Positions 16,680 through 26,025 of a DNA stretch of 41,056 bases are shown piece after piece. How positions within the stretch are numbered: position 1 is the stretch's first letter; each line of letters starts with the position of its first letter. The notes under the pieces are model-generated. The model saw nothing but the letters and a program-made list of their open reading frames with translations, was not told the DNA's origin and did not search any database. The DNA is from a virus: the UHGV virus genome UHGV-1383708; one strand, written 5' to 3'. A program made the translations under genes and the position numbers.

Positions 16680-19150
16680 CAGAATCCCCCAACAGTAAGG
16701 CGAGGAATAACGGCAAGAACAGACAGCGGCAACGGATCAAGCTGACGGATTTTTACACGTCCGTTTTTGCCCCAGTTACTGTCCAGTTTCACTTCTACTT
16801 TTCCGGTAGCATCATCAACAGGATCATCGTAGAACTCGAATTCACGCTGTGGATATTCGTACCATTTACCGCCGGGCGTAGTCGCCCAGATGCCGCGACT
16901 GGCATTCACAACCAGAGTAACGGACGGGATCACCTGTTTTTTGTCCAGCAGCGTTTCCTGTCCGTTAATGTTGATATCCAGTGTTTCGAATTCAGCAGTT
17001 ATTGGCAGGCCGATGTGCACAACAGCTCCCGGTGATTCCAGCGTGACGGCACCTCCGGAAACCACTTTCTGTGGCTCCACGTTCGCATCAGAGAGAATGT
17101 TTACGGTCTGGCCTTCAAGATGAGACAGGCCTCCAAATGTCCGGCGCGCCATCTGCCAGTTCGTGGTGGCCACATTCCTGAGGGATGGCGGGACGTTCCT
17201 GTTAGCGCGAACCACTACAGCGGTATTGCTGGTTACAGAAATAATGTCGCAACGTAATTCTTTTGACACTTCATCGCCAGTATCAGGATCAGTTCCGACA
17301 TAAGGGAACTGTAGTTGCGCGCCGACATCACTACTGGTGAAGTACGCACCACCAGAAACACTGATTGTATATTCCGCGCGATAATCCCATTCGCCAGAAC
17401 CACCAGTGATGGTCATCGTTCTGTCAGACGTATTTCTTCCATCATAGCTAAGGCCAGAATCAACAAAGAAAGCATCTTCATCGCTGGTAAATAAACGGCT
17501 GGACAGTCGCTCGATGTATCTCACTGTTTGCCCGTTAACGGTTCGGTTAACGACGAAATACACCGCATCTTCATTTCCTTCGCTGATACTGCATGTGCTT
17601 TCATATTTTCCGGTACTGGATTGTGGTGCCCATGCAAAAACCTGCTGATCACGCAAATAGGTCATCACCAGTAATTTACCGTCATCACGAATGCAGAAGG
17701 CGCTGGAGTAAGGGACAATAGAGAAGCACCAGTCAACAATGCTGTGCTTCTGAAAAAGATGATTGGCAAGGATGGTCAGGTCGTTCCCCTGATAGCCGTC
17801 AACATCGAATGAGTAGGCCAGATCACGGACAACACTGCCTTTCTCCTGGACGAACAGAGCAATATTCGCCACGGCAATTGGTGGGACATTGCTCGAGCCA
17901 TTTGATCCCTGAGAGCTGAATGCAAATGATGATGGGGTTAACACTTTGTTCTGGTCGCCGGTGATGACGTACTCACCTCCGGAAGTCAGTGCCACCAGCG
18001 AACCGACATCAATCAGGTGGCGGATCTCATTAACCTGACGCCCGGCATAGGTGTAGATAATTCTGTCGTTATCCTGCGTAGGATTGCTTTTGCCAAAATC
18101 CTTATAATCCCCGGTACGGCTGGCCCAGATAGTCTGAGGAAACGCAGTCGATGCGGCGAAGTAAAGACGTTGTTGATAATAAACAACAGTGCCAGGATAA
18201 CCATTAACACTGTTCCAGGCATATTTAGCCCATTTATAGCTGGCATTATCCTCGCCAACGACCTGCGAAGGGATATAGGAAATCACCTCGGCAGTTGCAG
18301 TAGTGCCGTTTACAGCAGTGATACGGGCAATGCCAAACCCACTGTGCAGATACTCCCACTCAATGCCAGTATCATCATCACCGGATCCGCCCCAGCCATC
18401 CCATGATGTGCCTTCTGTATGCGAAGGGCGCAAAGTACCAGTTTTGCCTGCTGTAACGGCGCGATAGTAGTTACTGTCTGCACGGCGAATATCGCCAATC
18501 GACGTACTCTTACTGGTTTCCCATACCGGCACTGAATCCACTGCTGGCTGTTCCAGATAGAACAATTTGCCTACCTGCTCCGCGCCAAAAATAGAGGCGC
18601 TTGCCGTTAACGTAATTGTCCCGGTGCTGGCGCTGGCATAAACCGTCACTGACTCGTCAATATTGATATCTTCAAATGGCCCGTTCTTCGTTACCACATC
18701 AACCAGTTGCCAGTTGTCATGCGCATAGCGACGCAACTCTTTCGGCGGGTATGCCGGGTGAACCAGCGTAAGCACGTCGGCGCTTTGCGTGAATTTAATT
18801 CGGAACAGATCGGCTTCAGTATATGGCGTGGCAATTTCATAAATAACATTGCTGCTGTTCAGCACCAACGCACCATCTTTGATAACGCGCATGTACTGGT
18901 GTCCGAACTCCAGAGCATAAGTCTGAACCGTCGAGAACTGGAACGGGATCAGGCGGCATTTCCGATTTGGGTATTTGGCGGCACCGACAAAACGCGTACC
19001 AGGTCGATTCTCAACGCCGCCATACTGCCGCACGATAAAGTTATCGCACTTGCGCAATGCCACCTGGTACTTCGCCATGTCGATACGACCGTACAACGAC
19101 GGTCCAATCTCACCACCGGCAAAGCTGGGCTGGATCCAACTGATAGCCAT
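16679..19150 (-). CDS. Large tail structural protein (823 aa)
   Basis: Size and position between adaptor-like and internal virion protein genes. Confidence 0.6.
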   Translation of the reverse strand: MAISWIQPSFAGGEIGPSLYGRIDMAKYQVALRKCDNFIVRQYGGVENRPGTRFVGAAKYPNRKCRLIPFQFSTVQTYALEFGHQYMRVIKDGALVLNSSNVIYEIATPYTEADLFRIKFTQSADVLTLVHPAYPPKELRRYAHDNWQLVDVVTKNGPFEDINIDESVTVYASASTGTITLTASASIFGAEQVGKLFYLEQPAVDSVPVWETSKSTSIGDIRRADSNYYRAVTAGKTGTLRPSHTEGTSWDGWGGSGDDDTGIEWEYLHSGFGIARITAVNGTTATAEVISYIPSQVVGEDNASYKWAKYAWNSVNGYPGTVVYYQQRLYFAASTAFPQTIWASRTGDYKDFGKSNPTQDNDRIIYTYAGRQVNEIRHLIDVGSLVALTSGGEYVITGDQNKVLTPSSFAFSSQGSNGSSNVPPIAVANIALFVQEKGSVVRDLAYSFDVDGYQGNDLTILANHLFQKHSIVDWCFSIVPYSSAFCIRDDGKLLVMTYLRDQQVFAWAPQSSTGKYESTCSISEGNEDAVYFVVNRTVNGQTVRYIERLSSRLFTSDEDAFFVDSGLSYDGRNTSDRTMTITGGSGEWDYRAEYTISVSGGAYFTSSDVGAQLQFPYVGTDPDTGDEVSKELRCDIISVTSNTAVVVRANRNVPPSLRNVATTNWQMARRTFGGLSHLEGQTVNILSDANVEPQKVVSGGAVTLESPGAVVHIGLPITAEFETLDININGQETLLDKKQVIPSVTLVVNASRGIWATTPGGKWYEYPQREFEFYDDPVDDATGKVEVKLDSNWGKNGRVKIRQLDPLPLSVLAVIPRLTVGGF

Positions 19151-19755
19151 CAGGACAACCTCGCAATGGTAAACTCGTCAACCGGTGGCAGTGGTTCCTG
19201 TGATTCATTCTGGCTATGCGAGCCAGCACTAAGAATCACGCGATTGTACATATTGAGGGCAAACGTACCGAGGTCTGCATTCCCAGTCAGCGCCATGTTA
19301 ATAGCTGCCGCAAGACGCCAGGCCAACGCCTCCATAAAAATGGCATCAAACATGTTCACATCTGTAACGCGAGATACATACTTGAGCCATGCCTGCGGCT
19401 GGTCTGTGTAGATCAACTTTCCTGTTCCGTTGGTGTCTGCACCAACTTCGTACTGAACGCGCATTGCTGCTGTTGGATTGCGTACACCAGGAAGCATAAT
19501 TTCAGTAATGCGCAGACAATCGGACGGGTACTGGTACGCATATTCCCAGTCAGGCGGTGGATTGTTCGTATCTGCAAGCGCCACGCGTTTGGTAGCAAAG
19601 TTCCAGTCAAAATCAGAAAGCACAGCATCACGGCAGGCCTCAAAGTGCAGCGAACATTCCCCCGCTTCCTTGCTGGCTTCCGTCAGGCTGTTAATGCTGC
19701 GGCTATTGCCAATATTGGACAGCGCACGATTGCAGATCTCTACTACAGAGGCCAT
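19150..19755 (-). CDS. Virion structural protein (201 aa), possible head-tail adaptor
   Basis: Start/stop abut neighbours. Confidence 0.5.
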   Translation of the reverse strand: MASVVEICNRALSNIGNSRSINSLTEASKEAGECSLHFEACRDAVLSDFDWNFATKRVALADTNNPPPDWEYAYQYPSDCLRITEIMLPGVRNPTAAMRVQYEVGADTNGTGKLIYTDQPQAWLKYVSRVTDVNMFDAIFMEALAWRLAAAINMALTGNADLGTFALNMYNRVILSAGSHSQNESQEPLPPVDEFTIARLS

Positions 19756-20084
19756 TACTCACCCCCATTGCCGTACAGGGTTTCAGCCGCTGATTTTTCT
19801 ACATCCCCGGAAACAGGAGCGATCGCCATATCAGTGATCTGCAGATCGGCGCTGCGATTAACACCATCGTCAGTTTCTCTGGCAGACAGGCCTCGAATAA
19901 CAGCCTTTGCAGTTATCATCACTTCTGTTCCGACGCCCTGAGGTTGCGCCTTCAGCTTATTCAATGTGTCGTTATTAAGAGTGATGCACAGCCCCCACGG
20001 GTATTCATCGCGAGTTCTGGTTTCTCCGCTCTCATCCTGGTAGCTGTCAGTGCCGGTTTTGAGGTTTACGAGTTCCATATACAC
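19755..20084 (-). CDS. Hypothetical virion protein (109 aa)
   Basis: Start abuts downstream gene. Confidence 0.45.
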   Translation of the reverse strand: MYMELVNLKTGTDSYQDESGETRTRDEYPWGLCITLNNDTLNKLKAQPQGVGTEVMITAKAVIRGLSARETDDGVNRSADLQITDMAIAPVSGDVEKSAAETLYGNGGE

Positions 20085-20128
20085 TCCTGCAATAAAGGGG
20101 CCGAAGCCCCTTGTCTGATCCGCGAGGC

Positions 20129-20473
20129 TTACACGCCCAGTTCTTTACGCTTATCTGCGATCTTCTCGCGGAGCGTTTCGGCTTTGGCGTTATGGTGTGG
20201 CTTCTCGTTAAAGAGCAATTCGTACTCTTCACGGAGCTTATCCAGTTCACCATCATCTGACACATCGTTGATGATTTTGGTGCTGGTTGCTGCCATTGAC
20301 ACCTTTCCTGCAATTTTTGCTTTTGCCTGTCTGGCTGCATCGTTAACAGGTTCCAGTGCGCTACCGGGCTCACCTTCGTATTCGATTTCTGCCCCCTCCG
20401 GCCACAGAGTGTTATGGATATGAGAGAGGCGCAGAACGCGGTATCTTGGTTTCTCACCTGACATCGATATCAC
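20129..20473 (-). CDS. Hypothetical virion protein (114 aa)
   Basis: Tightly packed in structural operon. Confidence 0.45.
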   Translation of the reverse strand: MISMSGEKPRYRVLRLSHIHNTLWPEGAEIEYEGEPGSALEPVNDAARQAKAKIAGKVSMAATSTKIINDVSDDGELDKLREEYELLFNEKPHHNAKAETLREKIADKRKELGV

Positions 20474-20474
20474 C

Positions 20475-20912
20475 TTAACCAGTTACTTTTGAGCGGATCG
20501 GATACGGCGTATTGGCATCAACATCAAGACTGATACCAGCAGTGAATTCGCCAGCCGTTAGTGGGCCAGTTGCGACGGAGTAGTTAACACGCAGATATCG
20601 CTGAACACCGGCAGGCACCTTTGCAGAAACAACTCGTTTACCTGCTGTCAGGGCGGTCTTTGCCAGTGCGCCACTATCATAAATAGTGGTCCATGAGCTG
20701 TTATTCTCACTCGTCTGCAACTGGATGTTTACAGTTGCATCACCGCTTGCCGCGGCGGCTGTGTTAACCAGCGCCCAAAACTCAAGCGGGTAACCCACGC
20801 CGATATCACGACGTTTTCCGTCAATTGGACCGAGATCGATTACGTCAGTAGAAGCCGCGGTATTCGTAACCGCCTGAGCTTCGGAGAACATCAACAGTTT
20901 GTCGGTGATCAT
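20475..20912 (-). CDS. Virion structural protein (145 aa), possible capsid accessory
   Basis: Position after capsid gene. Confidence 0.5.
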   Translation of the reverse strand: MITDKLLMFSEAQAVTNTAASTDVIDLGPIDGKRRDIGVGYPLEFWALVNTAAAASGDATVNIQLQTSENNSSWTTIYDSGALAKTALTAGKRVVSAKVPAGVQRYLRVNYSVATGPLTAGEFTAGISLDVDANTPYPIRSKVTG

Positions 20913-20963
20913 CTTCTTTCTCCATTAGTGGGTCTGTTACGACCCACAGGTTAATAACAGGCG

Positions 20964-21956
20964 TTACACCACGCGGGCTTCTGTTTCCAGAAGCGCATCA
21001 GTTTCACGGATTGGTACACCACGGAATGAAGTCCACCACTCGCCTTCTGTCTCTTTTACGCTGATCGCCAGAGATGTTTTCTCCAGAGATTGCAGATCAA
21101 GAGCCTGGCCTACAGTGCGGTTCATGTAGAACACCGGGCGACCCATGCCACGATTTGGAATGCGATGCAGTGCTTTAACCATCAACTTCGCAATATTTGC
21201 GGCAGAGGAAGGTTCTGAAAGATTGCTGACATCGATGTTTGCAATGCGAACAACATAACGCCAGTCACGCAGAGCAAGTCCGTTGTCCCATTTGTAATGG
21301 GTACGGTAGCCTTCGTACTTGCCGCCATTCGCATCTTCCAGTGTCACCTGGCCTTTATCTTCCATCTGGATGCCAGCCTTCTGCCCTTTCGGGAAGATGC
21401 CATGCACGGTGTTTTCGCCCCACACCACTAACCAGATTGAGGTGTTATCTGTACCCGTGCCACCAGCATCAATGATGTTCTGAGCATTACCCGCAGACAG
21501 GCTGGAATAGCGGGAGGACAGTCCCATAAACTGCTGAGGGTTAACGCTGGAATCACCATAAAACAGCGTCTGCGCCATCTGCTGATTCATCGCTTCAATA
21601 AATGCGCGGTCTTCAGACAGGCGGAATTCAGCGGTATTGCCGTTCAGATCAGCCAGTGACTTATCGACTTCAGCATAGGTTTCCAGCATGCCAACGGAAT
21701 CGGTTACCTGCACTGTGGTTGATTTGCTTGGCTGTACGCCATAGTTCAGCAAACGCCAGGTAGCTGAAGGTAAACCAGAACGAATGGTGGTTCGGTGTCC
21801 GGTAGGAAGGTTCCCTTCGACAAAAGGCATATCCTGAAGGATCGGGTTAGTTTGACCGAGAAGCTCGATAATCTTATCGACTTTCCCGTTTGGATCGACG
21901 CGCTTACCCCAGTCAGCCAGCGTTAGCGCAGTTAAGCCTTTAACAGCCATTGTCAT
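20964..21956 (-). CDS. Major capsid protein
   Basis: 330 aa; follows scaffold candidate; AAGGAAATGACAATGGCT-type start context. Confidence 0.75.
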   Translation of the reverse strand: MTMAVKGLTALTLADWGKRVDPNGKVDKIIELLGQTNPILQDMPFVEGNLPTGHRTTIRSGLPSATWRLLNYGVQPSKSTTVQVTDSVGMLETYAEVDKSLADLNGNTAEFRLSEDRAFIEAMNQQMAQTLFYGDSSVNPQQFMGLSSRYSSLSAGNAQNIIDAGGTGTDNTSIWLVVWGENTVHGIFPKGQKAGIQMEDKGQVTLEDANGGKYEGYRTHYKWDNGLALRDWRYVVRIANIDVSNLSEPSSAANIAKLMVKALHRIPNRGMGRPVFYMNRTVGQALDLQSLEKTSLAISVKETEGEWWTSFRGVPIRETDALLETEARVV

Positions 21957-21964
21957 TTCCTCTC

Positions 21965-22666
21965 TTATTTGCCATAGAGCACTTCGGCCGCACTACGCTG
22001 GCCTTCATTACCACCGGTGACCATGCCATCTTCAGACATCGCCTTTCCGATTTTCACGAACGTTTTGACCAGATCAGGGTGATTACCCAGCCCGGTGGTG
22101 TTCAGATATTCTTTGAGTTCAGGTGTCCCGAACTGGTCAAGCGCACGCTGTGCGGCGCTAAGGTTAGAAATCAACTTGTCGCCACCGATTTCTTTGTCAG
22201 CTTTTACATCCGCAGCCCACTGCTCGGTTGTTTTCTGCCAGGCTTCTGCCTGGCGCTGCTGAACACCTGCCAGAATCTTCGGATAAGCATCAACCAGCTT
22301 TTGCGCTTGCTCGTTGGTCAGGTTAAGTTCTCGCGCCACAGGCTCGAATTCCTTCAACGCTTCTGTATCCAGCTCTACGCCTTCGGCAGCCTGAAACTCG
22401 TACTTCTCAGGCGCACCCTCTGGTTTATTGCCGTCCTTTTTTTCATCCTGCTTATCGTTTTCAGGCTTTTTGTCATCAGCAGGTTTATCGCCATCAGCAA
22501 CAGGTTGTGGCTTATCACCTTCCTGTTGTGATGGATCACCAACTGGAGCAGGGTTATCACCTGCAGGCGCTGACGGTTCTGACGCAGCCGGAGCTGCTCC
22601 ACCATCGACTGGTTGCTCATTGCAAAGACGGCGATACAGCAAACGCTCAAATAAATTCATGATCAC
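21965..22666 (-). CDS. Scaffolding protein candidate
   Basis: 233 aa; acidic Pro/Asp/Lys-rich low-complexity N-terminal half; immediately upstream of capsid gene. Confidence 0.55.
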   Translation of the reverse strand: MIMNLFERLLYRRLCNEQPVDGGAAPAASEPSAPAGDNPAPVGDPSQQEGDKPQPVADGDKPADDKKPENDKQDEKKDGNKPEGAPEKYEFQAAEGVELDTEALKEFEPVARELNLTNEQAQKLVDAYPKILAGVQQRQAEAWQKTTEQWAADVKADKEIGGDKLISNLSAAQRALDQFGTPELKEYLNTTGLGNHPDLVKTFVKIGKAMSEDGMVTGGNEGQRSAAEVLYGK

Positions 22667-22959
22667 TCCTGTTCACTGGCCTCTTTGGCCATCTTCAAAT
22701 ACTGTTCAGGGCAATGCGCCATAACGCGCTGAAACAGTTCCAGCGCCAGATTGCGTTGCCCCTCATTAAATGCCATTGCCATAGCGTCCATCGGTGAGAT
22801 AGCGGAAAACACACGGCCTTTCTCCAGCACCGACCAGACAACGCGACGCCCCTGTTCACTGCTCATGACAAAGCGAATGTCATCAATTTCACGCTGCGCC
22901 ATGTCACGTTGCTTACGGGCGTTTTCTTCTTTCAGTTGATCGTCTTCGTAATCTGTCAT
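22663..22959 (-). CDS. Hypothetical head-morphogenesis protein (98 aa)
   Basis: Start overlaps portal stop. Confidence 0.45.
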   Translation of the reverse strand: MTDYEDDQLKEENARKQRDMAQREIDDIRFVMSSEQGRRVVWSVLEKGRVFSAISPMDAMAMAFNEGQRNLALELFQRVMAHCPEQYLKMAKEASEQE

Positions 22960-24635
22960 TGTGATTGCCCACCCTGACCACTAACTGCATTCGCCATAGC
23001 TGACAAAACACTCGGATCCGAAGTTTTAGCTTCGCTTAGCGTCTTGGCACCCTGTGCCGCCGCCATTCCCATCGCCATCATTTGTTGCTGCTGTTGCTGC
23101 TGTGCCCGTTGCTGGCGAGCCTGCTCAACCTGTTCCTGCGGAACAATGACGGTTGGAGACACTCCGGACATATCAGCGAATGCATCGATCGCCTGATCAA
23201 CATTGAGTTTGTCGAGAGCTTCTGGTTTCGCTTGCGCAAGTTGACCAATGAAGTTGACCGTAGACGCCAGACTGGACAGGCCGATAGACTTCTGCGCCTG
23301 AGCCATGACGGAAATGTATTCGACCTTCAGGGGCATACCTTCCATCGCGTCAGGCGGTGGCGGCAGCATGTTTTTACGCACCATCATCGAGAAAGAGCGG
23401 TCAATGAGAGGATTAAGACATTCGTCGTTCAGACGCTCCAGAACCGGCCCCAACATCAGAAGTTTTTCTTCTTTCATTTCGATCACCGCTTCAACAGGCA
23501 TCGAGCGGGTATTGATGTTCTGCAACATCATGAACAGATCGACAAAGTAGGCGCTGTTAATGATTTGACGGGTGTCCTGAATGTCTGCCACCAAATCTGC
23601 TGTACTGGGGTTAACCAGATAAGCAGGCCTGAAACCATCCTGACCAGTAATCTGATCGATATACGTGATGTCGCCAGGAAGAAGGGAGGCACGCTGATTC
23701 TTGAGGGAAGTCGGAGCAACCATCGGCGGATTGGTGGCTTTATCAATCAACTCCGACTTGCGCTTCTGGAGAAGCTGCAATGCCTTAACAGGTCCAAGCG
23801 CCAGCATACCCGGGCATGATGATCCATAAACATCTTCACCGTTAACTTCCCAGCGCGGAGCCATAATTGGAAACTCATCGAATCCGGACTCACGCAACAA
23901 CTTGTCGTTATCGCCACCAACCTCGTAATAAACCGATTTGAATGGCTTGTTCTTGCTATCCAGCTTCGATGTATCGCGGTCAATGTTCGGGTAAACCGAA
24001 TGCATCACTTCAATCCACTTCTCGTAGGTGCCGCTTTCCCACATGCTTTTTACGGATTCGCTGACGTTATTTAGCCCGAACTCCTGAACAAGCTGACGAA
24101 CAGTCATAGAGAACTTGCGAAAACAGGTGTCCACACTGCCACGAGGTGAGTTAGCCAGGTAGTAACTGCCTATCGGGAATGGCATTGTGCGAATGATGTC
24201 CTCGTCATCCTCCAGCACTGCCATTGCACCAGTGCTGTATGTGCCGAGGCTTCCGTATAACTGCGGCAGCGACTGATAGAGATTCGACTTATTGAACATA
24301 TCGTTCATACGGTTCTGCACCGCCTCAAGCCACAACTTAACAGGGCCATAATCCATCATTTCAGGATCTGGCGTAGCCAGGCGAAACCACGGACGCGCGG
24401 GGCTTGTGATGCCTGACATCATGCCGCTGGCGAGAGTGCGCGCCGCCATAGTCCCGGTCGAATCAATAATGCGTGTATTGCGTCGATCGTTACGGTTGAC
24501 CTCAGAAGTCAGAAAGCGGGAACCACGCGGGTTGATGTAATCACTCAACTCGCGCCAGTGCGGCTCGAACGACTGACGCTCGCTTTCAAGTTGTGCGAAC
24601 TGTTTGTTCAATCGCTCTTTAGTTGTTTCCGCCAT
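22956..24635 (-). CDS. Portal protein
   Basis: 559 aa; position directly after terminase large subunit; acidic glutamine-rich C-terminus. Confidence 0.8.
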   Translation of the reverse strand: MAETTKERLNKQFAQLESERQSFEPHWRELSDYINPRGSRFLTSEVNRNDRRNTRIIDSTGTMAARTLASGMMSGITSPARPWFRLATPDPEMMDYGPVKLWLEAVQNRMNDMFNKSNLYQSLPQLYGSLGTYSTGAMAVLEDDEDIIRTMPFPIGSYYLANSPRGSVDTCFRKFSMTVRQLVQEFGLNNVSESVKSMWESGTYEKWIEVMHSVYPNIDRDTSKLDSKNKPFKSVYYEVGGDNDKLLRESGFDEFPIMAPRWEVNGEDVYGSSCPGMLALGPVKALQLLQKRKSELIDKATNPPMVAPTSLKNQRASLLPGDITYIDQITGQDGFRPAYLVNPSTADLVADIQDTRQIINSAYFVDLFMMLQNINTRSMPVEAVIEMKEEKLLMLGPVLERLNDECLNPLIDRSFSMMVRKNMLPPPPDAMEGMPLKVEYISVMAQAQKSIGLSSLASTVNFIGQLAQAKPEALDKLNVDQAIDAFADMSGVSPTVIVPQEQVEQARQQRAQQQQQQQMMAMGMAAAQGAKTLSEAKTSDPSVLSAMANAVSGQGGQSQ

Positions 24636-24649
24636 TTCAATGACTCCGG

Positions 24650-24856
24650 TTACTGACCAAGCAGCGTTTTACCGCTGGTATTAGCGGTTGATGTGTCGCC
24701 CTGAGAACCGGTAAGCAGCGTAGAACTACGACCAGCAGCAGCGCGACGGCGACGAGTTTCTTCGTCGCGGGCATCAACAACGGCGGCATCCTGCTCCTGT
24801 GGTGCTGCCTGAACTTCTGGTGTTGCAGGCACTGATGGTGAGCTACCCATGCACAT
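24650..24856 (-). CDS. Hypothetical small protein (68 aa) between terminase and portal
   Basis: GGAG RBS; ends 15 nt before portal start. Confidence 0.4.
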   Translation of the reverse strand: MCMGSSPSVPATPEVQAAPQEQDAAVVDARDEETRRRRAAAGRSSTLLTGSQGDTSTANTSGKTLLGQ

Positions 24857-24946
24857 ATCAATGACTCCGTACGCAATTAAATTATTACCAATTTAACCAC
24901 ATATGATTTATTTATCGTAGATGGTTGACATTTAATGCACGAATTA

Positions 24947-24961
24947 TTACCCTTCAGGTAA
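24947..24961. promoter_or_regulatory. Operator palindrome TTACC-CTTCA-GGTAA
   Basis: Perfect palindrome 17 nt downstream of a TTGACA hexamer (24925-24930). Confidence 0.55.
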
Positions 24962-25282
24962 GTAAATAGTTCATTCCGGTTATTAACCTGACTGGCTTGT
25001 CGTTAAATTGAACAGGTGGAGTGAGCTTTTATTTTGAGCAGTACGGCGTATGGCACATGCGCCGATAGCGGTCTGGATACGTTTAAGGGGCACCCTCCCT
25101 TGCTCGGGCAAACGAACCAGGTAGCCGGAATGTGCAAGTCGAGCGGTTTTATTCCGCGCACGGGGATTCACCATCCCGGCGATTCGGTGTGACGCCTCGG
25201 AAGAGACGAGGGTGCAACGATGAGAGCATTTATGGAGCCGCGACAAAGTGTGGCGCCTTAACAGGCTAAGTGCTCTCAGCGT

Positions 25283-25359
25283 TGTGGCATTAGCTCAGTT
25301 GGACAGAGCAACCGCCTTCTAAGCGGTTGGTCGCAGGTTCGAATCCTGCATGCCACGCC
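25283..25359 (+). tRNA. tRNA-Arg (anticodon UCU), argU-like
   Basis: 77 nt; 7-bp acceptor stem GTGGCAT/ATGCCAC; anticodon stem ACCGC/GCGGT with loop CTTCTAA; T-loop TTCGAAT; encoded 3' CCA. Confidence 0.85.
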
Positions 25360-25403
25360 AGAATCACGCCTAAGGACCGTGATGCCAGAAGTTCCAGGGG
25401 CTT

Positions 25404-25446
25404 GGCGGTGATGGTTTCCCTTGAAGGACTATCACCGCCCTTTTTA
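25404..25446 (+). terminator. Intrinsic terminator downstream of tRNA-Arg
   Basis: GGCGGTGAT ... ATCACCGCC long hairpin followed by CTTTTT. Confidence 0.55.
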
Positions 25447-25522
25447 CAGCAGGACGCCATTGCGATGACTTCATGCTGTAAACCAGTACAGCCACGGAAG
25501 GCATAACTCATTGCTTCCAGTT

Positions 25523-25546
25523 CGCCCGGTTCGCCGGGCATTTTTT
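25523..25546 (+). terminator. Intrinsic terminator immediately upstream of gene 25564
   Basis: GCCCGG-ttcg-CCGGGC hairpin followed by ATTTTTTT. Confidence 0.6.
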
Positions 25547-25563
25547 TAAGGTGAGATTAGACT

Positions 25564-25935
25564 ATGAGTGACAAAGACATTGAATCTGAAATTCAGGCTA
25601 AAGGTTTAGCCGCGCCGCGCGTTACGCCAGACCATATCGAGAGCATTATTGCTCAGGAGGCATATTTCACAGCAGAAGATGGTGTCTTTGGCGTAGCCAT
25701 AAAAGCGAAACATACTGGCGGAGAGGTAAACTACCAGCCGCACGAATCACTTTCTCTGCTGACGTTCTGCGTTCTGGTGCTGCGCAACGGCTTCACCGTC
25801 ACCGGAGAGAGCGCCTGTGCAAGCCCGGAAAACTTTGATGCGGAAATTGGTCGGAAGATTGCCCGGCAGAATGCTGTAAACAAAATCTGGATGCTTGAAG
25901 GTTACTTGCTGAAGCAGAAGTTAAGCGAGCAATAA
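25564..25935 (+). CDS. Hypothetical protein (123 aa), opposite-strand insert in the late region
   Basis: AAGGTGAG RBS; flanked by terminators on both sides; opposite to surrounding late genes. Confidence 0.55.
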   Translation: MSDKDIESEIQAKGLAAPRVTPDHIESIIAQEAYFTAEDGVFGVAIKAKHTGGEVNYQPHESLSLLTFCVLVLRNGFTVTGESACASPENFDAEIGRKIARQNAVNKIWMLEGYLLKQKLSEQ

Positions 25936-25939
25936 CACC

Positions 25940-25951
25940 GTGACATGTCAC
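25940..25951. repeat. Perfect 12-bp palindrome GTGACATGTCAC (copy 2)
   Basis: Exact; 4 nt upstream of terminator hairpin. Confidence 0.8.
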
Positions 25952-25955
25952 AAAC

Positions 25956-25982
25956 AGCCAGCCGATGAGCTGGCTTTGTTTT
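25956..25982 (+). terminator. Intrinsic terminator after gene 25564-25935
   Basis: AGCCAGC-cgatga-GCTGGCT hairpin then TTGTTTT. Confidence 0.6.
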
Positions 25983-26025
25983 ATCCTCACCAGAGGATAT
26001 CTCCGTCATTATCCCCGCTAACGGA

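Noticed and set aside
18707-19941. Two long plus-strand ORFs (234 and 241 aa)
   Set aside because: Antisense to tightly packed minus-strand structural genes; Arg/Cys-rich composition suggests shadow ORFs.
23082-23819. 245-aa plus-strand ORF
   Set aside because: Lies entirely antisense within the portal gene, which has the stronger gene context; Arg/His-rich low-complexity translation typical of antisense frames.
24983-25246. 87-aa minus-strand ORF in the tRNA leader
   Set aside because: Arg-rich, no RBS, and lies in a GC-rich hairpin-dense region better explained as structured RNA.
25283-25359. Possible amber-suppressor tRNA (anticodon CUA)
   Set aside because: A first reading of the loop suggested CTA, but the anticodon stem pairs as ACCGC/GCGGT, giving loop CTTCTAA and anticodon UCU (Arg).
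25290-25541. 83-aa minus-strand ORF
   Set aside because: Overlaps the tRNA-Arg gene and its terminator on the opposite strand.
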